Source: an uncultured bacterium
GTDB taxonomy: Bacteria; Patescibacteriota; JABMPQ01; CAVVCK01
Assembly: GCA_963746775.1 (NCBI GenBank)
Contig: CAVVCK010000001.1
Span: 483,151-547,150 of the forward strand
Direction: 5' to 3'
DNA length: 64,000 nucleotides
This document shows, one piece after another, positions 48,301-58,496 of the stretch. How positions within the stretch are numbered: the first letter of the stretch is position 1; each line of letters starts with the position of its first letter. The notes below the pieces were generated by a model, which saw only the letters and a program-made list of their open reading frames with translations, was not told the origin of the DNA and did no database searches. A program made the position numbers and the translations under genes.

Positions 48301-48939
48301 ATGTTCACAGGTATAGTTCAAGAAAAAGGAAAGATTAAAAATATAAAAAAATCTTCAGGTAAGACTGTTTTTTTGGTTGAATTCAGGAAAGCTATAGAAA
48401 ATTTAGAAATAGGCAGCAGCATCGCTTGCAATGGAGCTTGTTTGACAGTGATAAATATTGATAAAAATACCTTTGAAGTAGAAGCTATTCCGGAGACCCT
48501 GAAGCTTACTAATTTAGGCAATTTAAAAATAGGAAATTTTATTAATTTAGAGCCATCATTAAGGCTTCAAGATGAGCTTTCCGGTCATATAGTTTTGGGT
48601 CATATTGATGGCACGGGTAGGATTTCTAATATAAAATCTGAAGGTGATTCTATTTTAATGACTATCGGATTTGAGGAGAATTTAGGTAAATATATTGCTT
48701 ATAAGGGGTCAATAACTATTGATGGCATAAGTTTAACTGTAGCCAGGGTGAGTGATAAAGATTTTACAGTAGCTCTTATTCCCCATACGCTAGAAGTTAC
48801 TACTTTGAAAGAAAAGAAAATAGGTGATATGTTAAATTTAGAAGTAGATGTGGTAGCTAGGTATTTGGAAAAGTTAGTTAGTAATAAAGATGATAAAGGA
48901 GTTAGGTTGTTGAATTTGAAAGATAAGGGATTTGTTTAG
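48301..48939 (+). CDS. ribE: riboflavin synthase alpha subunit
   Basis: MFTGIVQEKGKI ... GSSIACNGACLTV and the duplicated lumazine-binding half GHIDGTG. 212 aa. Confidence 0.8.
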   Translation: MFTGIVQEKGKIKNIKKSSGKTVFLVEFRKAIENLEIGSSIACNGACLTVINIDKNTFEVEAIPETLKLTNLGNLKIGNFINLEPSLRLQDELSGHIVLGHIDGTGRISNIKSEGDSILMTIGFEENLGKYIAYKGSITIDGISLTVARVSDKDFTVALIPHTLEVTTLKEKKIGDMLNLEVDVVARYLEKLVSNKDDKGVRLLNLKDKGFV

Positions 48940-48954
48940 AAAATTAATACTTAT

Positions 48955-48984
48955 TGTAGGGGTTCAAAATTTTGAACCCCTACA
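48955..48984. repeat. repeated palindromic hairpin TGTAGGGGTTCAAAATTTTGAACCCCTACA, copy 2 (perfect)
   Basis: Perfect 30-bp palindrome between ribE and ribH. Copy 1 is at 46887. Confidence 0.55.
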
Positions 48985-49005
48985 ATATAAAATAATTTAA
49001 AAAAT

Positions 49006-49476
49006 ATGAAAATAATTCAAGGCAATTTAGACGGCAAGGGTTTAAAAATAGGTATAATAGTTTCTCGTTTTAATGATTTTATAACTGATAAATTATTATC
49101 AGGTGCAATTGAGGCTCTAAAAATGCATGGAGTTTCTGACTCTAATATTGAGGTAGTTAAAATCCCGGGAGCTTTTGAAATGGGAACAGTAATTCAAAAG
49201 ATGTCTAAATCTAAAAAATATAATGCTCTAGTTTGTTTAGGGGCAGTAATTCGTGGGGCTACTTCTCATTATGATTTTGTAGCAGGTGAGTCTATTAGAA
49301 AAGTAGCCCAATCTTCTTACGATACGGGTATGCCTTGTTCTCTAGGTATTATTACAACTGAAAATATTGAGCAAGCGATAGAGAGAGCAGGCAGTAAACA
49401 AGGTAATAAAGGTTATGAGGCAGCTCAGGTAGCGATTGAAATGGCTAATTTAATGAAAATCATTAAAACAAAATAA
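49006..49476 (+). CDS. ribH: 6,7-dimethyl-8-ribityllumazine synthase
   Basis: KIGIIVSRFNDFITDKLLSGAIEAL ... IPGAFEMG ... ALVCLGAVIRGATSHYDFVAGE matches the conserved RibH core. Confidence 0.85.
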   Translation: MKIIQGNLDGKGLKIGIIVSRFNDFITDKLLSGAIEALKMHGVSDSNIEVVKIPGAFEMGTVIQKMSKSKKYNALVCLGAVIRGATSHYDFVAGESIRKVAQSSYDTGMPCSLGIITTENIEQAIERAGSKQGNKGYEAAQVAIEMANLMKIIKTK

Positions 49477-49561
49477 CAAGATAACACAAGAATAAAAAAA
49501 ACAGATCAAATTAATAAGAGCTGTTTTTTATTTAGCAGATATACTAAAACAAAAATAAGAA

Positions 49562-50368
49562 CTATTTTTTTATAGCTATAAGTACTTTCATATCAGTACA
49601 TTTGTTTTTATATTCATTGTAAATATCTATTGAATAGCCTTTTATATAGTGCAAGTAATCTTTTTCTAAAACGATTTCACAATTTGACTCTTCTAATATT
49701 TTTTTAATTTTATCCCATTCAATGTGGTCATCTGGAAAGACGTGAATATCCCCTTCTGCCTGATATTTAGGATTTAATATTTTTTTAATTTTGCCTGTAT
49801 ATTTAGACAATTTAAAAAATCTTTTCCAATTTTTTTCTATTTTAACTAATTTTAAAAAGTTTAGATATTCATCGTTTTTATTCCAAAAAGACTCATTGTT
49901 TTCATGATCAACGTATATTATGCCACCAGGCTTAATGACTCGTGTAAACTCTTTAATTATTGATAAATAATCTGGAATATGATGCAGAACAGAATAAGTA
50001 GCTATTAGATCAAATTGACTATCTTGAATATTTAATAAATCCTGCCCATTTAATTTCAAAAGCTCTAATTTATTAGTATGTCCGTATTTTTCTTTTACCT
50101 GTGCTAGAAAATTTTCTGAAATATCGCTAGCAGTGACGAATAAATCAAGATTAATTAAATGTTCAGTAAGATTGCCTGATCCACAACCAAAATCAAGCGC
50201 GCATTTAGGGCTAGAATTTGTATTAATAAAGCCTACAGCTTGCTTTAATTGTTCTTGAAGTCTGCCTTGCTCTATAGGATTATAAATTTCACTATGTATT
50301 TTTTCATATTTATTATAAACGCTGTTATGAGCCTTGATATTATGTTGAAGTGCACTATCTTGTTTCAT
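49562..50368 (-). CDS. class I SAM-dependent methyltransferase
   Basis: Motif I LDFGCGSGNLTEHL. Acidic motif II DLIATYSVLHH. Confidence 0.6.
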   Translation of the reverse strand: MKQDSALQHNIKAHNSVYNKYEKIHSEIYNPIEQGRLQEQLKQAVGFINTNSSPKCALDFGCGSGNLTEHLINLDLFVTASDISENFLAQVKEKYGHTNKLELLKLNGQDLLNIQDSQFDLIATYSVLHHIPDYLSIIKEFTRVIKPGGIIYVDHENNESFWNKNDEYLNFLKLVKIEKNWKRFFKLSKYTGKIKKILNPKYQAEGDIHVFPDDHIEWDKIKKILEESNCEIVLEKDYLHYIKGYSIDIYNEYKNKCTDMKVLIAIKK

Positions 50369-50442
50369 AATTAAAAATAAAATTTAATATAATTATTATT
50401 TATTATATACTTATAGTATAATATATAATAAACATTTTATAT

Positions 50443-51906
50443 ATGAATTCTTTTAGAATATCTAATATTTATATTTTTACAGCCTTAAGCACTATTGCCA
50501 TTTCCATATTGATAATAGCTTCTTTTTTTATTCCTTTTAATATTTTTCTCTATATCTTTACTGTGGGTTTAGCTTCTATTTTTATATTTAAAAAGCCAGA
50601 AGTAGGACTTTATACTATTATAGTCTCAACTTTTATTTTCGGATTTTCTTTTGGGCTACTTTCCTTTGAATGGAATGATGAGGCATATAAATTATATCCA
50701 ATTGATGTTTTGACCATAATTACTGCTCTAAGTTTTCTAGTTTTGAAATTAAAAAATCCTGATATAAAAATTAAAATTGGAGGAAAGCTTGGCTTATTAA
50801 TTTCTGTGTTTTTAGCTTTTTGCTTATTTTCTATGATTTATGGTGTAGCTAGTGGTGGAGAATTTAGTGTTGCTTTTAGCACATTTAAAAACTATGCTAT
50901 TTATTCAATATTTTTCTTCCTTACCATTAATATTATTAGGGGCAGAGATAAGCTAAAAGAGTTAATTAATATATTTTTAATAGGAGGTATTTTATTGATT
51001 CCTTTCATATTTTTAGGTCTTTTTCAAGGGTCAGGTCTTTTTATAGAATTTACTCCTCTATCTACCGAAGGAACTAGGTTGCTTGCTCCCAATCAAGGCT
51101 TTAATTTATGTATAGCTATAATTTTTGCTCTCAACCTGATTGCTTTTAAGAAGAAGCTTTTTGGAAAATTAACTACTATTATAATTTTAGTGCAAGTAAT
51201 TGGTGTAGTGGGATCACTAACTCGGCATTTATGGATAGCCTTGTTTTGCTGTGTTGTTTTAACTTTCATATTTTTACCCAGAGAAAGAAAGAAAAATTTA
51301 TTGGAGGTTTTTGCTTATCAGGGTTTGTTTTTGGTAATTATTATGATAATTTATGCTCTGGGCAGTTTTATTCTGACTCAGGAAATAAAACTTTTTGGAC
51401 TGGATTATTTGAAGGATGCTATTATTCGTTTACAGAGTTTGTTTAATTATTCATCAAGTCAGGATAGTAGTGTTTATTATAGAATATTGTCTTGGGAAAA
51501 AGCCTACAGTTTGTTTATTGGAAGTCCTATAATTGGGATTGGTTTTGGACAAAAATTATCCTTTGATCTTCTAGGTTGGCCGATAATTATTGAAGTAAGA
51601 GAATTACACAATAATTTCGTAGGTATGATTTTGCAAATGGGAATTTTAGGATTTTTAACATTTTTAATTTTTAACATTTATTTTTTAATAAAAAGCTTCG
51701 CGCTGCTTTTAAAATCAAATGAAAAATTATTTCCATATATATTAGGGGCAATAGGATGCTATGTGTTATACATAATTTCCGCTAATTTTGGTACCTACTT
51801 TGATTCCAATATTTTTAATATTTTTTATTGGATATTTTTGGGGATAATTATAGTGATAGAGGATATTAAACGGTTTGAGGTAAAAAATAAAATACAAACG
51901 GTATAA
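50443..51906 (+). CDS. O-antigen ligase/polymerase-family (Wzy_C-like) polytopic membrane protein
   Basis: About 12 TM helices. GSLTRHLW loop resembling the Wzy_C signature. Confidence 0.45.
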   Translation: MNSFRISNIYIFTALSTIAISILIIASFFIPFNIFLYIFTVGLASIFIFKKPEVGLYTIIVSTFIFGFSFGLLSFEWNDEAYKLYPIDVLTIITALSFLVLKLKNPDIKIKIGGKLGLLISVFLAFCLFSMIYGVASGGEFSVAFSTFKNYAIYSIFFFLTINIIRGRDKLKELINIFLIGGILLIPFIFLGLFQGSGLFIEFTPLSTEGTRLLAPNQGFNLCIAIIFALNLIAFKKKLFGKLTTIIILVQVIGVVGSLTRHLWIALFCCVVLTFIFLPRERKKNLLEVFAYQGLFLVIIMIIYALGSFILTQEIKLFGLDYLKDAIIRLQSLFNYSSSQDSSVYYRILSWEKAYSLFIGSPIIGIGFGQKLSFDLLGWPIIIEVRELHNNFVGMILQMGILGFLTFLIFNIYFLIKSFALLLKSNEKLFPYILGAIGCYVLYIISANFGTYFDSNIFNIFYWIFLGIIIVIEDIKRFEVKNKIQTV

Positions 51907-51985
51907 TAAGAAGAAATACAGTTGAAATACATAGAAATACAATAGAAATTTATGGTATTTCAACTGTGTTTTAATTATATTTCAA

Positions 51986-52807
51986 TTGTATTTCTTTCAT
52001 CTACATTTAACCATGCTAAAACAAAAAACATACTATAAACATACAAATTATCAAAAAGAGCCAGCCGGCTTGCGTAAGCTTGATTTTATAGTGGAACAAA
52101 TTGAAAGAAGGGCGGAATTTCAAGATAAAAAGTCCATTAAAATACTAGATATAGGTTGCGGTCGGGGTAATATTTCTATTCCCTTGGCTAGTTTAAATTA
52201 TCAAGTATTGGGCATTGATTTGGATGAAAATTCTATTGAAGAAATAAATAAGAAAAATACTTTTGAAAATGCAGAATTCAGGGTGCAAGATGCAACTACG
52301 CTGGATATAAATGATAAATATGATTTTATAATTGCTTCGGAAGTAATAGAGCACATTGAAAAACCAGAAGATTTATTGAAATCTTTAAAAAATATTTTAA
52401 AAGATAAAGGGTTTTTAATTATTACTATTCCTAACGGTAAATCATGGGAAGAGAGATTTAGAAAATTTACTACCCATAGTGAAAGAGGAAAAAAATTAAA
52501 AAAAACCATAAAAGAAAAATTAGGCAGTGAAGATATAATTCAAACGCACGCTAATAGTCCTCACCTACATTTTTTTACTTTGAAAAAATTTGAAAAATTA
52601 ATTACGAGTGAAGGTTATGAAATTATTGCTTGCCAAAACCAAGCTTCAATTTTCAAAGAAGTCTATTATTTATTTTTAAGATTTATTTTAAAAAGAGGTT
52701 CAAAAGTTTTTAGATTTTTTGATAGAATAGATAATTTTTTAGCTGATATTACACCTCAGAGTATGGCGGATGGATGGATGCTTGTAATCAAATCACGAGC
52801 ACATTAA
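51986..52807 (+). CDS. class I SAM-dependent methyltransferase
   Basis: ILDIGCGRGNISIPLA motif I. DFIIASEVIEHI motif. Confidence 0.55.
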   Translation: MYFFHLHLTMLKQKTYYKHTNYQKEPAGLRKLDFIVEQIERRAEFQDKKSIKILDIGCGRGNISIPLASLNYQVLGIDLDENSIEEINKKNTFENAEFRVQDATTLDINDKYDFIIASEVIEHIEKPEDLLKSLKNILKDKGFLIITIPNGKSWEERFRKFTTHSERGKKLKKTIKEKLGSEDIIQTHANSPHLHFFTLKKFEKLITSEGYEIIACQNQASIFKEVYYLFLRFILKRGSKVFRFFDRIDNFLADITPQSMADGWMLVIKSRAH

Positions 52808-52832
52808 AACACTAGAACAATATAACAAAAAA

Positions 52833-52863
52833 ACGACTATTTTATTTGAAACAGTCGTTTTTT
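52833..52863 (+). terminator. intrinsic terminator (ACGACTATTTTATTTGAAACAGTCGTTTTTT)
   Basis: Hairpin followed by a T-run, downstream of the methyltransferase. Confidence 0.5.
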
Positions 52864-52930
52864 ATGATTTTCATTTTCAACATCTGTAACAGTTTGAACA
52901 ATTATAACATTTTTGCACTTTCTATCAGAA

Positions 52931-53215
52931 CGCATAAAGGAGGAGAGAGATTTTATCCCGTAGGGGTATTTTTCTCAACCGCCTAAAAGTAGTTGAGAAA
53001 AATTCTTTATGCGTTGTAGTAAAAAATGTTTATAAAGTGTTTTATTTACCCGACTTTAGTCGGCTATTAACCTCAGGAAAATAAAATAAGATTTATTTTA
53101 GGAGTTCCAGCGAAAGTCCTTGATCCGCCGAAAGAGACGGTCTGGAGAAGAAAGACGGCTTAAGCGTCTAGTCTCCGACCTGCCTCGTCGGCAGGCAGGC
53201 TTATTAAAGGAGGGG
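52931..53215. other. structured, locally GC-rich intergenic segment (candidate ncRNA or complex 3' UTR)
   Basis: CGCATAAAGG ... CTTTATGCG encloses hairpins CCCGTAGGGG and TCTCAACCGCCTAAAAGTAGTTGAGA. Then comes the repeated hairpin CCCGACTTTAGTCGG (also at 35474). A ~120-nt stretch at 50-55% GC follows, with nested stems (GGTCTGGAG ... CTCCGACC, AGACG ... CGTCT, CTGCCTCGTCGGCAG). Strand unresolved. Confidence 0.25.
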
Positions 53216-53221
53216 AAAACA

Positions 53222-56200
53222 CTACTTCGCTACCGAAACACTAATACCTCCCCTAAATTTAGGATCAAAAGTATAAAATCTTAAAGGTAGCATCTCTCCT
53301 ACTGGGTTAAAAGTTAAAACTTGAGGACCTCCACCTTGAGTTGGTCCAGTTATCACTTCTATTTTGCCATCATTATCTATATCACCAATATCTAAATCAG
53401 CACCAAATAAGAAATCTCCATAAGCTTTCCATTCGCTTATTATGGTTTGATTATTATTATATCTATATATTTTAATCCAAGATTGATCACCTACAGCTGC
53501 TTGAGTAACACCAATTTCATCTTTACCATCACCATCGACATCACCAGCAGCAACTCTTACCCCACCCCTATATGATGGGTGAAAGGCAAAAAATTGAATT
53601 GGCTTTAGTATACCATTGGCTTCAAAAACTCTAATTTGAGGACCGCCGCCAGGACCAGCACCTACGATTACTTCATCTTGACCGTCTATATCAATATCGC
53701 CCATAGCTACATCTCCTCCACACTCTACTTGTCCATAAGCATTCCATTCTCCAAGCACGGGGAAGCCAGCCGAAATTCTATAGATCTTAACCCAAGCTTG
53801 TCCATTTGAAGCTTGAACTACTGCTACTTCATCTTTGCCATCGAAATCTACATCACCGGCAGCTACATTAATACCACCGTGAAAATCTTTGCTGAAGGCG
53901 AAGAAATTAGCAATTTCTTTACCATTTTCTTTGAATATTCTAACTTGCGGACCGCCGCCTTGGCCTGTGCCTGTAATTATTTCATTTTTTCCATCACCAT
54001 CCACATCCCCGAAAGCAACATCTACTCCGCCATGAAAATTTTTATCATAAACATATTGATTAAATTGAGTTGGAATACCTTCTCTATCAAAAGTTTTAAC
54101 ATGAGGATTGCCACCATAACCAGCACCTATTAATATCCTGGATTCATTACTAGATATATCTCCACTTCCGCCTCTTTCCCCAGAATTAGTTTCAGTATTA
54201 TTAGTAGAAGAAGATTCATTTTCATCACTGCTATTTGTATTATTATTATCAATATTAGTTTCATCGGGTGCAGTTACTTCTGTCATATCAAGTTCAATAG
54301 CTGTTACTGAATGAGCAGGAAAAGAATAATTAAAATTATCACCAGCGTAAGCAATACTTTTTTCTTCTATAGTTACTTGATCAGAATAATTATTGTCTGC
54401 ATTAATAGTTGGTCCATTGAGCGTATAAACCTTAGCTTCTTTTTTAACTTTAGCATTTTTAATATTAATAGAAGATCGCATAGTAGCCAGGCTATGTTTG
54501 TTAACTGCTATGATGTAAAGTTTATTCTCTTCATTATTTTTAGAAGAATAGGCAGTTAAATATGGGACGTTAGGTAAATCTGGTACGTTTCTTTTTTCAT
54601 TAACTGAAAAAGTTGGTGTATCAGTTACAGTAGTATTGGTTAATATTTGACCAAAGTGTTTAGAAAATAAAGAAATGGCTAAAGCTGCTGGTTTGGCTCT
54701 AAAATCAGTAGTATAAGCAGCCCAATGATAGTTGGTATTATTATTCAATTGATGAAATTGTCCTATTTTAACTCCTTTTTCGGCAAATTCTCCCATCAAA
54801 TCAGCAGTAGTTAGACCATAAACTAAGCTTTTACCTTTTTCATAATTTCCTGTATTAAATTCTGTAACTACGAATTCAATTTTACCAACTCGATTGGGTG
54901 CATATTTCTCTATTAAATCATTGGTTTGTTCTACTATTCCTTTGCTATTATCGTAAGCTGTATTATATTTGTTAGCAAAAGCATAGGGCGTAGCTAGGAT
55001 CTGATTATTGCTCACATCTGTCTCTGTCCAGTAAGGATAGAAATGAAAAATTACAAAATCAAAATAATCAGCTGCGTTTTTAAATACTGCCACATCCCAA
55101 TCAGATAAGCCCAAGAGCATAGTTGCACCAATTTTAATAGAGGGGTCAACTGCTTTCATGGCTTGTGAATATTCTTTAACTCTCTCTGCATACACAGAGC
55201 TTGGATTATAATTCTCACCCCAAATAAAATTTTCATTGCCAAGTTCCCAATATTTTACATTGTAATCATTATCAATATTTAATTGTTTAACCAGATTAGC
55301 AGCGCCTTGCGCTGAGTCTCTCATATTAACGCAAACTACAGGTTCAGCGTTAGTTTCACGGGCTAATCTTAATTGTCCATCAAAATCTTTTACACCCCAC
55401 GGATTATTAGAAGAATAAGGCTGATCTATCTCTGCGCGCCACATAAATCTGTAGCCAGATAGTGTTCCTGTTTGGCGGAAGGAATAGCCTATATAACCCA
55501 AATCATAGGAATTTGTGCCATTTGATTGAGTTTTTAAATTAATTGTATAGTTACCCCAGTTTTTACTGCCAGCCATTTTTATAGCTAGAGCTTGTCTTCC
55601 CTGATGAATATATTGGCCGGAAATTAAATTCCAGCCGTTATTATCATGCCAAGGAGACATGTCATCATTACCCCAGGCGTTAATGTTATCAAAATTGTCA
55701 TTAAATAGAGTTTTTCCACCGGAGCTAACTGAGACATCATCAAAAACAGTATCGTTATTATAACTAGACAGAATTCCTATTTGTCCTTTAGAAAAAGTAG
55801 AATCGCTAACATCAAAAATTAAACTATTATCAACGTAGGTTCTTATTCTGGAACCAGAAACAATAGTTTTTAAATTATATTCTCTATTAGCTTCATAGGG
55901 CACATCATCAGAAGCAAGAACTGTATAAACACCATCATCAACTCTAACAAGCATTCTGGCGCCTGGATCGTAACCCTCAATAACTCTGAATGATTTTAAG
56001 CCGTCTTCTTTGACAGCTTGTGCTAATTCTGGACTATATTCAAAATCAGAGCCACTGCTATAACCATACAGATCAGGGCTTATTTTCGATTTATTATTAT
56101 AAGCATCTATCTCGATTGTAGGATTATAGGTTAGACCGAATGATTCAATAATAGTGATAATAATAATTACCACCAAAAAAATAGCTAGAATTTCAAATAA

Positions 56201-56311
56201 ATAGGAGCCTTTATTGAAAAAATATTTTTTTAGTCTATTTTTAGGCTTTCTCTTCATATGTAATTGATTTTTCGAACATAATATAGTATCATAAAATAAT
56301 AAAAATGTCAA
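53222..56311 (-). CDS. giant secreted clan GH-A-type glycoside hydrolase fused to C-terminal FG-GAP/VCBS repeats
   Basis: 1029 aa. N-terminal TM/signal. Acid/base-like WELGNENF. Nucleophile-like EFVVTEFN. C-terminal repeats GDVDGDGKNEIITGTGQGGGPQVRIF, GDIDIDGQDEVIVGAGPGGGPQIRVF and others. Confidence 0.55.
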   Translation of the reverse strand: MTFLLFYDTILCSKNQLHMKRKPKNRLKKYFFNKGSYLFEILAIFLVVIIIITIIESFGLTYNPTIEIDAYNNKSKISPDLYGYSSGSDFEYSPELAQAVKEDGLKSFRVIEGYDPGARMLVRVDDGVYTVLASDDVPYEANREYNLKTIVSGSRIRTYVDNSLIFDVSDSTFSKGQIGILSSYNNDTVFDDVSVSSGGKTLFNDNFDNINAWGNDDMSPWHDNNGWNLISGQYIHQGRQALAIKMAGSKNWGNYTINLKTQSNGTNSYDLGYIGYSFRQTGTLSGYRFMWRAEIDQPYSSNNPWGVKDFDGQLRLARETNAEPVVCVNMRDSAQGAANLVKQLNIDNDYNVKYWELGNENFIWGENYNPSSVYAERVKEYSQAMKAVDPSIKIGATMLLGLSDWDVAVFKNAADYFDFVIFHFYPYWTETDVSNNQILATPYAFANKYNTAYDNSKGIVEQTNDLIEKYAPNRVGKIEFVVTEFNTGNYEKGKSLVYGLTTADLMGEFAEKGVKIGQFHQLNNNTNYHWAAYTTDFRAKPAALAISLFSKHFGQILTNTTVTDTPTFSVNEKRNVPDLPNVPYLTAYSSKNNEENKLYIIAVNKHSLATMRSSINIKNAKVKKEAKVYTLNGPTINADNNYSDQVTIEEKSIAYAGDNFNYSFPAHSVTAIELDMTEVTAPDETNIDNNNTNSSDENESSSTNNTETNSGERGGSGDISSNESRILIGAGYGGNPHVKTFDREGIPTQFNQYVYDKNFHGGVDVAFGDVDGDGKNEIITGTGQGGGPQVRIFKENGKEIANFFAFSKDFHGGINVAAGDVDFDGKDEVAVVQASNGQAWVKIYRISAGFPVLGEWNAYGQVECGGDVAMGDIDIDGQDEVIVGAGPGGGPQIRVFEANGILKPIQFFAFHPSYRGGVRVAAGDVDGDGKDEIGVTQAAVGDQSWIKIYRYNNNQTIISEWKAYGDFLFGADLDIGDIDNDGKIEVITGPTQGGGPQVLTFNPVGEMLPLRFYTFDPKFRGGISVSVAK

Positions 56312-56514
56312 CAGTAACTTTATTTTAATGTATTTATATAAATATTACAGAATAAAAAACATTTAACATTCAAGTGGTATTGAATGTTTTTTACAACATT
56401 TTGTTTTAAAATAAACAAAAATGGGGTTATTATTTAGGCCAGAACATTGTTCCAGGGTGTAAATAGTAATAAAAAAGTGTTTAATATAATGGTATTTTAT
56501 GTTATTATAAAAAT

Positions 56515-56844
56515 ATGAAATTAGTTATAATAATTACTCAAAAAGAAGATTCAAAAAAGCTAGGAGATGTTTTAGTTGAAAATAAATATCAACTAACCAA
56601 GCTGGATAGTTCTGGTGGTTTTTTGAAAAAGAAAAATTATACTTTTTTGGTTGGTATTGATGATAATAAGCTTGATAATTTATTAGAGTTGATCGAAAAG
56701 ATATGTAGGAAAAGAAAAGAGATTATTACTGCTCCTGATTTTGGCGGTGCATTAGGTGAAACCTTAATAACCAATGGGGCTAAGGTGCAAGAGGGTGGAG
56801 CAATTGTTTTTGTAACGGAAGTTTCTAAATTTATGAAAGTATAA
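56515..56844 (+). CDS. darA: PII-like cyclic-di-AMP receptor DarA (PstA)
   Basis: Colinear with remembered B. subtilis DarA: MKLVIIITQ ... TKLDSSGGFLKKKNYTFLVGIDD ... GGAIVFVTEVSKF. Confidence 0.7.
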   Translation: MKLVIIITQKEDSKKLGDVLVENKYQLTKLDSSGGFLKKKNYTFLVGIDDNKLDNLLELIEKICRKRKEIITAPDFGGALGETLITNGAKVQEGGAIVFVTEVSKFMKV

Positions 56845-56909
56845 ACGCGATACTAATATACTAATGCATACGAATTATACTAATATGAACATTGTAAATT
56901 AGTATTAAG

Positions 56910-57212
56910 TTAATCTGTAACTTTATATTGAATTCTTACTACGGTATTTTCACCAAATTCCTCATTAATTGCTTCAGTTATTTGGAAAGACATCATTTGA
57001 ATTTCATTAGCCCACAGGGAATTTTTTACCATTATCGTTAAAATATTATTTTGAAATGAAAAAGCCTTTACGCAACCTTGGCTTTTTTTATTTTTTTCTA
57101 AAATTACTTTATCAGAATAGTCACAAATTCTGGCAGCCTCAACCTGAGCTGAGACACCCGCCTTGTTTAATGATTTTAGAAGCAATTCTTTATTTATTTT
57201 TATGGGCAGCAT
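56910..57212 (-). CDS. DUF721 (DciA-like) protein
   Basis: 100 aa. Motif SLWANEIQMMSFQITEAINEEFG fits DUF721. Adjacent to recF, as commonly seen. Confidence 0.45.
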   Translation of the reverse strand: MLPIKINKELLLKSLNKAGVSAQVEAARICDYSDKVILEKNKKSQGCVKAFSFQNNILTIMVKNSLWANEIQMMSFQITEAINEEFGENTVVRIQYKVTD

Positions 57213-57245
57213 TTTAAAAAATGATTAATGATTAAATCATAATGT

Positions 57246-57322
57246 CGAATAAATGACAAATGTTTAATTTAGAATTTAATATTAGACATTTGTCATTTTA
57301 AATTTATTCATCATTCTGGTTT
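57246..57322. mobile_element. ORF-less miniature copy of the four-helix-bundle cassette ends (CGAATAAATGACAAA ... TTCATCATTCTGGTTT)
   Basis: Shares both end motifs with 43645..44103. Internal 13-bp inverted repeat AAATGACAAATGT/ACATTTGTCATTT. Confidence 0.5.
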
Positions 57323-57325
57323 TTC

Positions 57326-58414
57326 TTAATTCTTAATTTTTGTGATTTCAGCCTCGCTAATTAATTCCCTTCCAATAAGCTCAAGTTCAGTTGTCGTAAT
57401 TATTGTCTGTTGATCTCTAGCTATTTTAACAATATTACGTCGATGTTCAAAGTCTAATTCAGAAAAAATATCGTCGAGCAGTAAAATTGGCTTTATTCTA
57501 AAAACTTCTTTAGAAAAGGAGAGTTCGGCTAATTTTAGAGCTAAGATAATACTTCTAGTTTCCCCTCTTGAGGCAAAATAGCTAGCATTTTTATTTTCTA
57601 ATAACATTTCAAAATCATCTCGATGTGGTCCTACTAAAGTTCTATTTCTTCTAATTTCATCTGATAGTTTTTCTCTAAGTTTTTTTCTAAATTCTTCTTC
57701 GAAATTTTCTAAATTAATTTCTTTTAATTTTGATTTATATTTAATTTGTAACTTTTTTCCCTTCAAACCTATTTGCGAAACAAACTCTGGCAATTTTCTA
57801 TTTATAAAATTTATTAAATAGGCTCTTTTCCTAAAAATATTTTTGCTTAAGTTAATTAATCTCTCATTCCAAAATTCTAGTATGCTAGGATCAACTCCCT
57901 TTTCTTTTATTTCAAACAAAAGCTTATTTCTATTTAATAAGATTTTTTTTAATTCAGCTATTTCCTGATAATATTTTCTGTCTGCCTGAGAAATAACGAT
58001 ATTTAAATATCTTCTTCTGATACTTGGTGATTCTGAAATCAAATTTAAATCTTCCGGACAAAACAAAACAATAAAAAATTGCCCAACTAAACTAGATACC
58101 GACTTTACATTATTATTAATTTTTATAATCTTTTTCTGTCCTTTAGTTTTTGATAAATATATTTCTACTTCAGTTATATTGTTTTCTTTTTCAAAAATTC
58201 CTTCACATCTGGCAAAATCACCACCCCAATTGATTAATTCGTGATCAGCTTTAGCTCGAAATGATTTAGGTAGAGACAGAAATCTGATGGCTTCTAGAAT
58301 ATTTGTTTTACCCGAAGCGTTAGGACCATAAAAAACAGTAATATTTTTATTAAAGTTATGTTGAAAATCTGGGTGATTACGGAAATTGTGGAGTTTTAAT
58401 AGTTTAAGCTTCAT
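57326..58414 (-). CDS. recF: DNA replication and repair protein RecF
   Basis: Walker A FYGPNASGKTNILEAI. Signature and D-loop LLDDIFSELD. Confidence 0.85.
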   Translation of the reverse strand: MKLKLLKLHNFRNHPDFQHNFNKNITVFYGPNASGKTNILEAIRFLSLPKSFRAKADHELINWGGDFARCEGIFEKENNITEVEIYLSKTKGQKKIIKINNNVKSVSSLVGQFFIVLFCPEDLNLISESPSIRRRYLNIVISQADRKYYQEIAELKKILLNRNKLLFEIKEKGVDPSILEFWNERLINLSKNIFRKRAYLINFINRKLPEFVSQIGLKGKKLQIKYKSKLKEINLENFEEEFRKKLREKLSDEIRRNRTLVGPHRDDFEMLLENKNASYFASRGETRSIILALKLAELSFSKEVFRIKPILLLDDIFSELDFEHRRNIVKIARDQQTIITTTELELIGRELISEAEITKIKN

Positions 58415-58496
58415 AATTTTTCTATTATCTAATTTTAGCCTAGAGTTTTTTAACTGTAAAGATTACGAAGATAAAAAATCTTCTAATTTAAATTTC

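Noticed and set aside
53100-53215. RNase P RNA or SRP RNA in the GC-rich segment
   Set aside because: The P4-like words GAAAGUCC and GGCUUAAG are only about 35 nt apart, against about 270 nt in RNase P. There is no GGAA/GNRA-capped domain-IV-like helix for SRP, and no tRNA-like end for tmRNA.
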